From contig OX597834.1 in assembly GCA_951406725.2 (NCBI GenBank), forward strand, positions 21,886,001 through 21,950,000: DNA of 64,000 nucleotides, in the 5' to 3' direction. A program made the translations under genes and the position numbers. Each line of letters starts with the position of its first letter. Within the stretch, counting starts at the first letter, position 1. Under the pieces are notes generated by a model. That model saw nothing but the letters and a program-made list of their open reading frames with translations, ran no database searches and was not told where the DNA came from. This stretch comes from Octopus vulgaris (taxonomy: Eukaryota). This document shows positions 39,111 to 52,236 of the stretch, piece by piece.

Positions 39111-39359
39111 TCATCATCATCGTTTAGCGCTGGCTTTCCATGCTGGCATGGGTTGGACGGTGCAACTGGGGTCTGGGAAGCCAGAAGGCTGCACCAGGCC
39201 CAGTCTGATCTGGCAATGTTTCTACGGCTGGATGCCCTTCCTAACGCCAACCACTCCGTGAGTGTAGTGGGTGCTTTTTACGTGCCACCGGCACAGGTGC
39301 CAGATGAGGCTGGCAAACGGCCACGATCGGATGGTGCTTTTTACGTGCCACTGGCACGG
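39111..39359 (-). mobile_element. Family C element (RTE 3' UTR copy)
   Basis: Reverse complement of ~20750-21000. Confidence 0.85.
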
Positions 39360-39592
39360 AACGCGCCTCCAAGATCAACTTCGTCTTTCATCCTTTTGGA
39401 GTTGATGAAATAAGTACCAGTTGATCCATGGAGATGATTTGATTTAGTCCCTATCATTATATTGTATTATGAAGATTGATATTGTTTGCTTTTGTTTTAT
39501 GCATTTTTATGTGTTTTTATTCTATTTGGAAACCCAGTGGTTCACAATTTCAACTCATCATGTGTTTCCCTTTCTTATTATCCTCCTTACAG

Positions 39593-39810
39593 GCTTCCTG
39601 CCACATTCAAACAAGGCAACAAATGTCCAACAATCAGCAACCCCACCACTAAAGACACAAGTCATTTCAATGGCAATGCCAACACAACAACTAATCTCAA
39701 TAATTCCAGAAATAAGTCTCAGGGTAGCAGCACAGCAGCTTGTGGTACCAATGAAAAGGTACGCTCTCATCTAAACCAACAGAACAACAACCAGCTCTCC
39801 TGCAATACAG
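39593..39810 (+). CDS. Candidate exon (alternative donors after 39758 or 39810), Asn/Thr/Ser-rich
   Basis: Strong acceptor tttccctttcttattatcctccttacAG. Frame (R)LPATFKQGNKCPTISNPTTKDTSHFNGNANTTTNLNNSRNKSQGSSTAACGTNEK..SCNT. Donors AAG|gtacgc and CAG|gtaata. Confidence 0.4.
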
Positions 39811-40207
39811 GTAATACAGCTTTGTTTACCCTCAATCTTGTTTTTTTTCCTTTTTTTTTTGTTTTCCTTTCCTTTCTTTTACATTCCAGGTAGAATTTTG
39901 GGAAATTTGTGAGATGTCTTTTAGGAAGATTTTTCGTCAATATTTTTTTATGGGTACCGGGTGGAAGGGAGGTGCGGGTTTTTGAGTACAGTTTTATGAT
40001 GTCTTTTAACATCCTTCTTTATTGGAGAATTTGCTTTTACAATTCTGTGAGGCTTTGAATTCATGAACCACTTAACTGTGAAGTAATGAAAGAACCCTAC
40101 ATTGTATATTGCACGCACACACACATACACATCCACACATATAAACACATATACATGTGTGTGTGTGTATATATATGTATACATATATATACACATATAT
40201 GTATATA

Positions 40208-40261
<54 letters not shown>

Positions 40262-41074
40262 CATATATGTATGTGTATATATATATATACATACATACTG
40301 ACAGATATACACACATGTATATATTTATACATACACATCTTTAGATACACAGACACAGGCATGCATGCATTTGTGTGTGCATATACATTTTATATCAACA
40401 AGTATGTAGTGACAAAAGGTTTAAGTCCTTGTGCTGTCTCGTCTATGTTGGAGTACAGCTTTCTAGAGCGCAGCCCTTTATGTCAACCCCAGTATTTCAC
40501 TGATACTTATTTTATCAATCTGGACAAGGTTTGAAATCAGAACAGAATGAGAGTGAACACACCAGAAATAGCAGTCTAATCTCTGACAAAATCACTCTTC
40601 CTTTTCTTTAGAAAAGCAGGTCATACTAGGTATATATTGTAGACCTTTGATGTATTATGCTTTGAAATATGATTGGATGGTCATGCCTAGAGTGCCTTTG
40701 ATCCTAGGTCTGATCTTATAGAGAGCTGACCTAAAGCTAGGCCATAACAACAGCAATGACAGTAATAACAACAAACACTAATAAAATATACAAAAATTAA
40801 TTTGTCCAACGCTCTACTAATTCTTTCATCTGGTGTTATTGGTGCATCAGTATGCACAATTATGTATGACTTTGTGTGCGCATGTGCATCTGCATTTCAG
40901 TAATGGAATATATATATATATATATATCATGTAGTAGATACAGTCAAAATATTAGATTTATTATATTACTTTTATTAATGTTATCATTGTTATTAAGATC
41001 GTCTTTTGATGTACTACTCAGCATCATGGGCCCTTGTTGCCAATAAAAGAAATCCCTACTACCACTACTGCTAT

Positions 41075-41445
41075 TATTATTATTATTATTATTATCATAT
41101 TCATATACACTCAACAGATTAGGCTTTTGGAAAATAAAAGAATCCTAACATCGGGTTACAACAAGTAACCTTAGATGCCAAGGACCCTCCTAAGTATCCT
41201 AGCTGTCCCTAATAACACTGTTTTCTGGAGCTGTACTAACCTGGGTTTTATGCCTATTTCCTCTATCCATCTGTTCAGACCTTTAGTTATATGCACCTAT
41301 AACTACTGGGATACATTTTACCCACACTTTCCATAGTTTCTGTAATTCAATAGCTAGGTCCTGGTACTTTGCTATTTTTTCTATATTTCTCATATTAATT
41401 TTTTCATCATTTGGCACTGTGAAGTTAACTATCTGGCATTTTCTA
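41075..41445 (-). mobile_element. R4/Dong-like non-LTR retrotransposon 3' end with restriction-like endonuclease domain
   Basis: CQIVNFTVPNDEKINMRNIEKIAKYQDLAIELQKLWKVWVKCIPVVIGA / ITKGLNRWIEEIGIKPRLVQLQKTVLLGTARILRRVLGI* (stop 41171-41173), a short UTR and a (TAA)n tail. Confidence 0.85.
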
Positions 41446-41482
41446 TTATTACTATAATTATTATTATTATTATCATCTTTAT

Positions 41483-41934
41483 GAAGGTGGTGAGCTGGTA
41501 GAATTGTTAGCACAATGGGCGAAATGCTTAGTGGTATTTTGTGTGCCACTACGTTCTCAGTTCAAATTCCACCAAGGTTGACTTTGCCTTTCATCCTTTC
41601 GGGTTCAATTAAGTAAGTACCAATTACACACTGGGGTCGATGTAATTGACTTACCCCCAGCCCGAAAATTTCAAGCCTTTTGCCTATAATAGAAAGGATT
41701 ATCATTATTATTATCATCATCATCATCATCATCATCATTATTATTATTATTATTATTATTATTAAGGCGGCAAGCTGTTCTGAGTTCAAATTCCGCTGAG
41801 ATGGACTTTACCTTTCATCCTTTCGGAGTTGATAAATTAAGTACCAGTCAGGTACTGGGGTCGATGTGATCAACTTACCCCCTCCTTGCACATTTCAGGC
41901 CTTGTGCCTAAAGTAGAAAGGATTATTATTATTA

Positions 41935-41981
<47 letters not shown>

Positions 41982-42330
41982 CATTATTATTATTATTTAT
42001 TATTATTATTATTATAGCCAGCTTGCAGAATCCTTAAGACACCAAACAAAATGCTTAGTGACATTTCTTCTGGTCCTTCATTCTTTCCAGGTCAATAAAT
42101 TAAGGACCAGTAAAATACTGGGGTCAATGTAATCAGCTAGTCCCCTCCCACCAAAAGTTTCAGGTCTTGTGCCTTTAGTAGAAAGGATTATTAATACTGT
42201 TATTTAGGCAGGGTTCAACTTTGCCTCTCAACCTTTTGGGGATCGATAAAATATTGGGGAGTCAATATAACCGACTAAACCCCTCCCCTCAAAATTGTTG
42301 ACCTTCTGCCAAAATTTGAGACCAATACTA
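41483..42330 (+). mobile_element. Cluster of four SINE family B copies/fragments separated by (ATT)n
   Basis: Heads aaggtggtgagctgg (41483) and aaggcggcaagctg (41764). Core tttcatcctttcgg..gataaattaagtaccag. Tails ggccttgtgcct..agtagaaaggattatt. Confidence 0.8.
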
Positions 42331-42449
42331 TGATTATTGTTATTGCTATTGTTATTACTACAACTACCCTCATTATTCTTCTTCTTAGTCTTATTATTAT
42401 TATCATTATTTTATTATTATTATTACCATCATCATTATTAGTTTTATTA

Positions 42450-42483
<34 letters not shown>

Positions 42484-42524
42484 CATTATTATTAGTAGAA
42501 GTAGTAGTAGTAGTAGTGGTGGTG

Positions 42525-42566
<42 letters not shown>

Positions 42567-42877
42567 TTAAATGCTTTATTGCATCTGGTTTGGTTTCTAA
42601 GTTCACTGTTCTGAGGAGGGAAGGAGAAAAAAATAAAGAAAAATATTTTTGAAAAAAAACCACTCTACTAGTGATGTACTGATGTTGATTCAATTAACTT
42701 TGGTGCTTCCATGACAGAAATTGGCCTCATGTCTAGTTGGAACCACTCAAAAAGTAAAATTAATATTGGCACAGACATGCATGAATGCTTGCTCGTATAT
42801 AAATGCACTTATGCACATTTCATTTCATTTCGTATTTTTACATCTCTTCTTCCTCAGTCCCACACACCTACATATAA

Positions 42878-42927
<50 letters not shown>

Positions 42928-42938
42928 TTATATGTATG

Positions 42939-42977
<39 letters not shown>

Positions 42978-43092
42978 TCTATACTAAAATGAATAAAAGA
43001 ATGTATATATATATATGTATGTATATATATATTTGTATGTGTATATAAACCATGCTAAAACAAATAAAGAATATAATATTAATATATATATA

Positions 43093-43570
43093 TCATCATC
43101 ATCGTTTAGCGTCCGCTTTCCATGCTAGCATGGGTTGGACGGTCAACTGGGGGTCTGTGAAGCTGGAAGGCTTCGTCAGGCCCAGTCAGATCTGGCAGTG
43201 TTTCTACGGCTGGATGCCCTTCCTAACGCCAACCACTCCGCAAGTGTAGTGGGTGTTTTTTACGTGCCACCTGCACAGGTGCCAGACAGAGCTGGCGAAC
43301 GGCCACGAACGGATGGTGCTTTTACGTGTCACTGGCACGGGGCCAGGCGATGCTGGCAACGGACACGAACGGATGGTGCTTTTACGTGCCACCGACACAG
43401 GGCCAGAGAGAGCTGGCAACCGGCCACGAACGGACGGTGCTTTTACGTGTCACCGGCACGGGGGCCAGCCGAGGCTGGCAATGGATGCGAACGGATGGTG
43501 CTTTTACGTGCCACCGACACGGTTGCCAGACAGAGCTGGCAAACGGCCACGAGTGGACGGTGCTTTTACG
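43093..43570 (-). mobile_element. Family C element with an expanded ~61-bp internal tandem array
   Basis: gga(t/c)ggtgcttttacgt occurs at 43311, 43371, 43432, 43493 and 43555. Confidence 0.88.
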
Positions 43571-43574
43571 TATA

Positions 43575-43723
43575 CTTTTATTCTTTTACTTGTTCCAGTC
43601 ATTTGACTGTGGCCATGCTGGAGCACCACCTTTAGAACAGATCAACCCCAGGACTTATTCTTTGTAAGCCTTGTACTTACTCTATCAGTCTTTTTTGCCA
43701 AACCACTAAGTTATGGTGAAGTA

Positions 43724-43771
<48 letters not shown>

Positions 43772-44135
43772 TGTGTATCTGTCTTTGTCCTCCCAACATT
43801 GCTTGACAACCAATGCTAGTGTGTTTACATTCCTGTAACTTTGCAGTACAGGAAAAGAGACTGGTAAAATAAGTACTAGGCTTACAAAGAATAAGTCCTG
43901 GGGTTGATTTGTTCGACTAAAAAGGCACTGCTCCAACATGACCGCAGTCAAATGACTGAAACAAAAAAAATTACATACACACACACACACACACAATAGG
44001 CTTCTCTCAGCTTCTGCCAACTAAATCCACTCACAAGATTTTGGTCGACTCAGTGCTGTAGTAGAAGGCACTCACCCAAGGTTTCATGCAGTGGGACTGA
44101 ACCTGATACCTGGTTGAGCAGCAAATTGCTTAACT
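43575..44135. mobile_element. Rearranged SINE family A fragments (-, +, -)
   Basis: 3' part on minus at 43575-43725, 3' part on plus at 43770-43965, 5' part on minus at 43998-44135. Confidence 0.75.
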
Positions 44136-44909
44136 ATGAAGACATATATTTGTGATTGTGTATATGTGTGTGTTCATGTATATATACATACATACATACA
44201 CAAGCACAGAGAAAGAGAGAAAGTTATTCAGAATTTGCTGAAATGGTTTCCGAAATCTATAAAAGCTATTTTGCTAGAACACATTCTACTGATGCCATAT
44301 TGGCAAATAAATATTAAATACACGTCAGAAATTAAAAGGTTCACATTAATTTGTTTACGAAATATATTACGTTTTAAAATCTACGATTATTATTTAGCTA
44401 AATAAATAATAAAGCAACATGCATTATTATCACATTTAAAATGATAAATACATTTATAGTTAAATATTACTAATGTCTTTTTTTTGTTTTAGTTATTTCT
44501 GTTCTTGAAATATTCCTATTATTATTATTATTATTATTACTATTATTAATTGTTGTTACCTGAGTTCCTGGTAACAAATTAACAGGCTTTTCAACAAATC
44601 AGTATGGAATTAATTATTAATGTCTTCCAACAGGAATAAAATGATATGAAATGAAATTAGGCATTTTTAATTAAATTAAAAGAAATTTGCTATGATATTA
44701 TTATTGTTCATTTTGTCGTGTAAATCCCTTGTCTTAAAATAGCTAATTAAGACAATTGTCAGGGCAGATAGAAATTTCCTTAATTGCAGAGATTACAGAA
44801 GATTATCTTTCTTATTCAATTCAGCCTGAAAGTTATTATAGTAAATAAACGAGTATTCAGTAATTAATTTCTTCCTAAGTAAAATGTTTAATAATCTTAC
44901 AGTCTAGAG

Positions 44910-45388
44910 TAAGATGGCAAGCTGGCAGAACCATTAGCATGCTGGGCAAAACATTTAACTGCATTTCATCCATCTTTACATTCTGAGTTCAAATTCTGCC
45001 TGGGTCAGTTTTGCATTTTATCCTTTCCGGGTCAGTAAAACAAGTACCAGTTGCGTACTGGGGTAGTTGTAATCGACTTAACCCCTCCCCCAAAATTGTT
45101 GGCCTTGTGCCAAAATAAGATACCAATCTTATATTCTAGAGTCATTGTCTCTTTTGCCAAACCACAAAGTTATGGCAACAAACAAACCAACACCTAGGGC
45201 ATCAGGCAAAATGTTTAGCAGCATTTCATCTGCCTTTACACTCTGAGTTCAAATTCTGCCGACGTCGATTTTGCCCTTCGTCCTTTCAGGGTCGATAAAA
45301 TAAGTACCAGTTTTGCACTGAGGTTGATGTAATAGATTTACCCACCTTTCAACTGTAATTGTTGGCTTTATACCAAAATTTGAATCCA
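44910..45388 (+). mobile_element. Two SINE family B copies
   Basis: aagatggcaagctggcagaaccattagc...ctgagttcaaattctgcc...gtaccagtt, twice. Confidence 0.75.
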
Positions 45389-45946
45389 CTGTTTTTTGAT
45401 CAAATTATACTACCCTTGCAGGCAAACATAGACGCCATAATGCATGCATACACATACTCTCTCTCTCTCTCTCTCTCAGACACGCACACACATGCACATG
45501 CTCACATACAATACGTACTTCAATACAAGCCACCTCCTTATGTTTCTTCTTAACTTCCCCACCACCACCACCATCTCTCATCAAATTTAAAGACATTTTT
45601 TTTTTAAATTTTTAAAATCCCCCTCAATTTATTTTTATTTGCTTTAGTTCTAATTTTCCAAGTTATCTTGAAATATAATTATCTCGTTAGCGATTACACA
45701 AGATATTTAACAGATCTGCGACAAATACTTCGGTAAAATAACAAAGAGACTTTTAATAATACAATAATGATGACGATGACAACAACAGCAACAACAACAC
45801 CAACAAATATAAAGAAGCAAGCTATCCATCTTAAACTGATATTGCCGGAACAAACAGTTTAAACCATGAATTGCAACAGACCGTAAAAAATAAAGCCTTG
45901 CTCTCTTTCTTTCTTTGTTTCTCTCTTTCTCTCCTTCCCTATGCAG

Positions 45947-46019
45947 CCAGGGAAACAAACATTTGGAGAAAAGAAGAATTTCTTGAGTATCAGGTTCACA
46001 GTTGGCTGATTGGGATAAG
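45947..46019 (+). CDS. Candidate 73-nt exon
   Basis: ~45-nt polypyrimidine tract plus atgcAG, and donor AAG|gtaggc. Only the phase-1 frame is open throughout: RETNIWRKEEFLEYQVHSWLIGI. Confidence 0.35.
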
Positions 46020-46165
46020 GTAGGCTGTGGGTTGGGGTACAGGCGCAGGAACAGAGAAGAAAACGAAGAATTAAAAATAAGTAGAATAAAAATTGTTTTC
46101 TGCAAGATTTGGTGACATCACTTGAAATTTTATTAGCATGTTCTAAACAAACAGTCTTTAATAAT

Positions 46166-46200
<35 letters not shown>

Positions 46201-46475
46201 GATAAGAAGAAAAAGAATGATAATAATAATGATGATGATGATGACATTGATATTTGAAACTGTAAAAACAGCCTGGAGTTAAATAATGGTGCAATAAAAA
46301 TAACACCAACAATAATATTTATGATAGTAATAGCAGTTACAAGTTTTGACACAAGGCCTGCAATTTTGGGGGAGGAGGAAAGTCAGTTGCAACAACCTCA
46401 GCTCAACTGGATTTAAGACAGTAATAATAATAGTAAGAGTAGTGATAGAAATAATAATAATAATAATAATAATAA

Positions 46476-46860
46476 TTCGTTCGTTTATTGGCCACAAGGG
46501 CTAACAAAAATCATTTAAAACATAAAGGGACAAAACACAGGACGAAAGTTACAAAGGGTTTTGTCCGTTTGAAAAAGGTCCATGTACAAAAGCAGGATGA
46601 CAACAAAATACAAGTAACAATTAAAACTCCCAATAGGGGGAGGCACTTCAAAAGGTTACTCGTAGAAAAACCCATAAAAACCATGGGAGCCTGGTCAAAA
46701 GTGGGGTAGAGAGCCCCTTTCTCCTTTTAGATTTCCTTTTAATTCTCACAGGTGTATCCTCAGAATTGGTCCGTTCATACTGGCCATTCTTGCGACATTC
46801 ACCCACCTTTCAATAAACTTGCTACCAGACATCACTTCCCTTTCTACTCTCATCTTCCTT
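46476..46860 (-). mobile_element. Tx1/L1-like LINE 3' end inserted in (AAT)n
   Basis: Minus strand reads RKMRVEREVMSGSKFIERWVNVARMASMNGPILRIHL* (stop 46746-46748), then a T-rich UTR with AATAAA near the end. (aat)n flanks both sides. Confidence 0.55.
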
Positions 46861-47420
46861 AATAATAATAATCCTTTCTACTATAGGCACAAGGCCTGAA
46901 ATTCGGGGAAGAGGATAATCGATTACCTCAACCCCAGAACTTAAATGGTATGTAATTTATTGACCCTGAAAGGATGAAATGCGAAGTTGACCCTCGATGG
47001 AGTTTGAAGGTCAACTTTGTTTTTCAGTATAATAATAATAATCCTTTCTACTACAGGCACAAGGCCTGAAAGTTGGGGAAGGGGATAATCGATTACCTCA
47101 ACCCCAGAACTTAAATGGTATGTAATTTATCGACCCTGAAAGGATGAAAGGCGAAGTTGACCCTCGATGGAGTTTGAAGGTCAACTTTGTTTTTCAGTAT
47201 ATTAATAATAATCCTTTCTACTACAGGCACAAGGTCTGAAACTTCAAAGGAGGGAGGGACTAGTCAATTACTTGAACCCCCATATTTGACTGGTATTTGT
47301 TTTATCAGTCTCAAAAGGATGAAAGGCAAATTCGACCACAGCAGAATTTGAACTTGGAACATAGAGACAGATGAAAGTTGAGCATTTTGTCCAACCTGCT
47401 AAAAACAATTCTACCTGCTC
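46861..47420 (-). repeat. 170-bp tandem duplication of a SINE B 3' fragment, plus a third diverged SINE B
   Basis: 46861-47030 and 47031-47200 are nearly identical; the third unit starts at ~47203. Confidence 0.85.
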
Positions 47421-47875
47421 AAATAACAGTAAAAGTAAACGCTGCGAGTAGAAATTAAGATGGTAGTTGAATCTTTCAAGACTGAATTTTGTTGTGACAT
47501 CCATTATTTCTCCATTTCCAGGAATGGTAATTGATATGTTTGTCTTGGTTCTTGTGTTGGCATTCATTCCAACAAATTTGATGTTAAATACCTAAAATAG
47601 TTTATTTAGAATTATTCCAGTCCGAATAGTTTGTGGCACTGCATGAAGTAAAAATCACCAAAGCGAAAAGAGGGGTGGAAAGAAAAAGAAATAAAACATA
47701 GTCTTCGAGACCATTTCTTACATGTCTTGAATAAAATCTCAATAATGAAGATAATGGTTGAATGGAATTCCTATGAATCCAGCAAATTCCTGCTGAACCA
47801 AAACCTCTGGTTTGTTTCAGTGCCTGTCTTTGAGAGAATTTCACGTTCTGAAGAGTTTATAACTGTTACTTACTA

Positions 47876-47931
<56 letters not shown>

Positions 47932-47953
47932 CCCTCTCTCTCTCTCTCTCCAT

Positions 47954-47992
<39 letters not shown>

Positions 47993-49111
47993 AATACATG
48001 TAATGTAACTTATGGTGGCTATATGAAGAATCAATAACCTTTATTGAAGAATCAATAACCTTTATTGATTATTTTACAATCAATGAAACTGCTGTTTAAA
48101 CCTGTAAAGGAACATCTATGTCATCCTTCAGCCTGCTAAAAATAGCAGCAAAAGCTCCCTCAAATGACTCACACTTACCTTTAAAAGGGAAAGATAGATT
48201 TGATGATGTAATCTTGGATATGCAACACCAGAGAGAAAGATGGGATGGGATCATGTGGGATGGCTATGGATTTGATCATAGGTTGACTCAGTCAGTACTA
48301 ACCTGCTGTTAAACAAAAATGATAAAGTTGTTTGTTGTTGTTGTTGTTGTTATTGTTCAGTCTGGATCAGATTGAATAAATTTTGTAAGTAGTTGCAAAT
48401 ATTTAGGTGTAATTTTCTTTTTGGTAGCTTGGTATAGGATATGCCAGTATTTCTTACTATTTTTGGTTTTATTGGATTTAATCTTTTACTTTGACAATCT
48501 GAAGGTCAAAGGTTCAAAGCTAGTCCAGTATTTAAAAACTGAAGTAGTTGGGTGTGTCAACTTTTTTGTAATGGAAAGTTGTAGGGGTTCACAAAAGAAT
48601 ATAAGTAGGTGGTATGTTTTAGCTAGTAAGTTTCTCTTCTTATTGAAACTGGTGGTTTGTTCCTACTCAGCAAATGGAGAATTCCAATAGAAAATACCTC
48701 TGATGAGGGCATTGACTTAAGTCTTCTTTCCTGGAGTTAAGAAAGGTCCCCAGGTCAAATGAGTTTTTTAGGATCTTTAAAATTCAGAAAAGAAGTGTTT
48801 ACCCATTGCCATCACTGAGGCATTTCCTGTTACAAGCGTGGAATTCCCCATTTGCCAAATAGGAAGATGTCACCAGCCTCATAAATTGTCATGACTGGAA
48901 TCACCTGAAAGCTTACCTGAACTGTTTCCTTCCAGATACTATCTGACCATGACATTTTTCTCCCTCTCTTGAGCAAGTGTTTTCTACTATAGCCTCGAGT
49001 CAATCAAAGCCTTGTGGTTGGATTTGGTAAATAGAAACTGAAAGAAGCCCATCATATGTATATATATATATGTATGTATGTATTTATACATGTGTATGAG
49101 TGTGTATGTAA

Positions 49112-49191
<80 letters not shown>

Positions 49192-50049
49192 GTGTGTATA
49201 GAGTAAGCCCCGGGCTTAAAAAATAAATCATTTGACTAAAAATTCAAGATGGTACCCCAGCATGGCTGCAATCTAATAACTGAAGCACATAAAAGATGTG
49301 TGCGTACATGCATGTATGTGTGCATGTGTGTGTGAGAGAAAGAGAGAGAGAGAGAGATAAGGTCATAGGCTATCCTCTTCCACCTCTGATTAACTTACAT
49401 GTGTGCGTTTTAATTTATACACACTCATATACATCAATACATAATATATATTAACTTATATAGACACAGACACAAAGATTAAAGCTATTAAATATAGGAA
49501 AAAAAATGTAGTTTTTCCCATTATTCTAATATATTGTAGATTTTTTTACTTTCAACCATCATGAATGTCATATTTAGTCATTTTTGACCTTCCAGGTAAA
49601 TGGGTGAGATGTGAGGTGCAGAGGTGGATTTGTATGTCTGCCCTTTTATTTTTTTATTTTTTGGACTGGTTTTTCAATGCATCTCAAATTAATGTGTTGT
49701 CTAGGCAACAGTCAATACAACACATGAGGAAGGACCAATCACAAAAGTAGACAAGGTTGAGAAAGAGGAAGTGGAAAGCGTGTATACTATAGGAAAGTAT
49801 TAAATGGAATTAATAAAAAAAAAATTAAGACACACACACAGAAGTACATATAAACATACGTGTGTGTGTGTGTGTGTGTGTGTATTCCTTTATTAGTTTC
49901 AGTCCTTTGGACTGTGGCCAAGCTGGGATTAGTCAAGCATATTGACTCTAACAAAGTCTGGTAGAAGACACTTGCCTAAGGTTTCATGCAGTGAGATCAA
50001 GACTAGAAGCGTGATTGCGAAAAGAGATTCTCAACAAACACAGCTATGC

Positions 50050-50097
<48 letters not shown>

Positions 50098-50385
50098 TCA
50101 CACACACACATGTAAACAGAATAAACAGAATAAAGAATTTTCCTCCATAATTCTGGGATATGGAAGGGAAGGGAATACAAGAGACCTCCTGTAGACTAAA
50201 CTGGAATAATACAACAAGCACTGATTTTTTAAGGGGTCATTGCTCACAGCAGAATTTTTTAAACATCTATATATAAAATAAACTGAATAAAGAATTTTAA
50301 AAAATTCGAATGGGTTTGGTGGTACAGCTTATTTTTCATCTGGGTGAAAATATTTCATTCATATATAAATATATATATATGTGTG

Positions 50386-50421
<36 letters not shown>

Positions 50422-50447
50422 TATAATATTAATCTGTGTGTGAATGC

Positions 50448-50488
<41 letters not shown>

Positions 50489-51289
50489 TAATATTAATCT
50501 GTGTGAATGCATTATATATATACGTATATATATATATATATATATATATGTCTTTTGTCTATGCCGTCCTTATAACTGGCTGACTCACTGATGTCTCTGA
50601 ATAACAACCAACATGAAATGAAAATTAATAAAATATGATAATATTGTATAATATAGGAATATATTTCGTTTATATGCCTGTCGATGTGTATGTGTGAGTG
50701 AGTGTTGATGTTTGTGTATTTCTATATATGCGTGTATATAAATATTTGTATGTGTGTATGTACATATATTTATGTGTGTGTGTGTAAATATAAATATGTA
50801 TGTATTATGTATGTATACATAGATATAAATATGATTTATGTCTACATATAGTTAAATTTATACACACACACACACACACATATATATATATGTATGATTT
50901 GTGTGTGTATGTATATATATATATATACACAAATATGAGAGAGAATCCACTTATATATTTATATATTTATGTATGTACATATGTATGTATGTGTATTTAT
51001 GTGTATGCTTATATATGTATGTTGTGTGTGTGTGTATGTGTGTGTGTTGATTCAGACAAGGGACTGTGGTTATGATGTTTATTTCCCAAACACCTGCATG
51101 TGGCTTGTATCCAACCATGCCACACCTGGAGCAAATTTCTTCTCCTTCATCCTTAGGTTCACCAATATCATACCCTCCCCCATGGGATCTAGTGAACAGA
51201 ATCTACCCAGAGGGCCTTTCACACACACACACACACACACACACTATTATTATCACTATTATTATTACTTTTATTTTATTATTATTATT

Positions 51290-51997
51290 ATTCTAATTCC
51301 ACTGAGGTCAACTTTGACTTTCATCCTTTCGAGGTCGTTAAATTAAACCCCAGTGAAACACTGGGGTTAATGTAATTGACTAGCCCCCCACCCCCGCTTA
51401 TTTCAGGCCTTGTGTCTTTAGAAGAAATGATTATTATTCTTTTTATTGTTATCAAAGTGGCAGAATTGTTAGCACATTGGATGAAATGCTTACCAGCATT
51501 TTGTGTCTTTATGTTCTGAGTTCAAATTCTGCTGAGGTTATCATTGCCTTTCATCTTTTCAGGGTCAATAAAATGAGTCTTAATTATGCACTGGTGTCTA
51601 TTTAATTGGCTAACCCCCAACCTAATATTTCAGGCCTTGTGCCTTTAAAGGAAAGGGGTTTGTTAGTGCTAGGAAGTGCATCCAGCTGTAAAAACTGTGC
51701 TAAAACAGATACAGAGGCCTGATGCAGTCTTCTGCTTGGCCAGCTCCTGTCAAACCGTCCAACCCATGCCAACATGGAAGGTGGACATTATACAATGATG
51801 ATGATGTCACATGCCAGGTGAAATGCTTTGCAGTATTTCATCTGTCTTTACGTTCTGAGTTCAAATTCGGCTGGGGTTGACTTCGCCTTTCGTCCTTTCA
51901 CAGTCAATAAATTAAGTGCCAGGGAAACACTGGAGTCAATGTAATCATCTTGCCCCCTCCCCCAAAATTCCAGGCCTTGTACCTATAATAGAAAAGA
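51290..51997 (+). mobile_element. Three SINE family B copies and a family C tail (51655-51805)
   Basis: Repeated ctgagttcaaattc / tttcatcctttc / caggccttgtg motifs, and aacccatgccaacatggaag...gatgatgat. Confidence 0.75.
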
Positions 51998-52000
51998 TTA

Positions 52001-52041
<41 letters not shown>

Positions 52042-52043
52042 GC

Positions 52044-52126
<83 letters not shown>

Positions 52127-52139
52127 GCTATCATTATTA

Positions 52140-52207
<68 letters not shown>

Positions 52208-52236
52208 GCTATCATTATTATTATTATTATTATTAA
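51997..52236. repeat. (ATT)n microsatellite continuing from a SINE B tail
   Basis: Read directly from the sequence. Confidence 0.95.

Noticed and set aside
41075-42330. Idea that the adjacent R4/Dong-like element is the partner LINE of the ATT-tailed SINE B
   Set aside because: No visible similarity between their 3' ends, and the tails are opposite strands of the microsatellite (TAA versus ATT).
43249-43570. CRISPR-like look (constant block plus variable block, ~61-bp period)
   Set aside because: The variable parts are homologous to each other, the array lies inside a retrotransposon UTR, the context is eukaryotic and there are no cas genes.
47503-47532. Possible 5-nt microexon (tttctccatttccAG GAATG gtaatt)
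   Set aside because: Such short AG..GT pairs arise often by chance, and the length is not frame-preserving; unsupported without RNA data.
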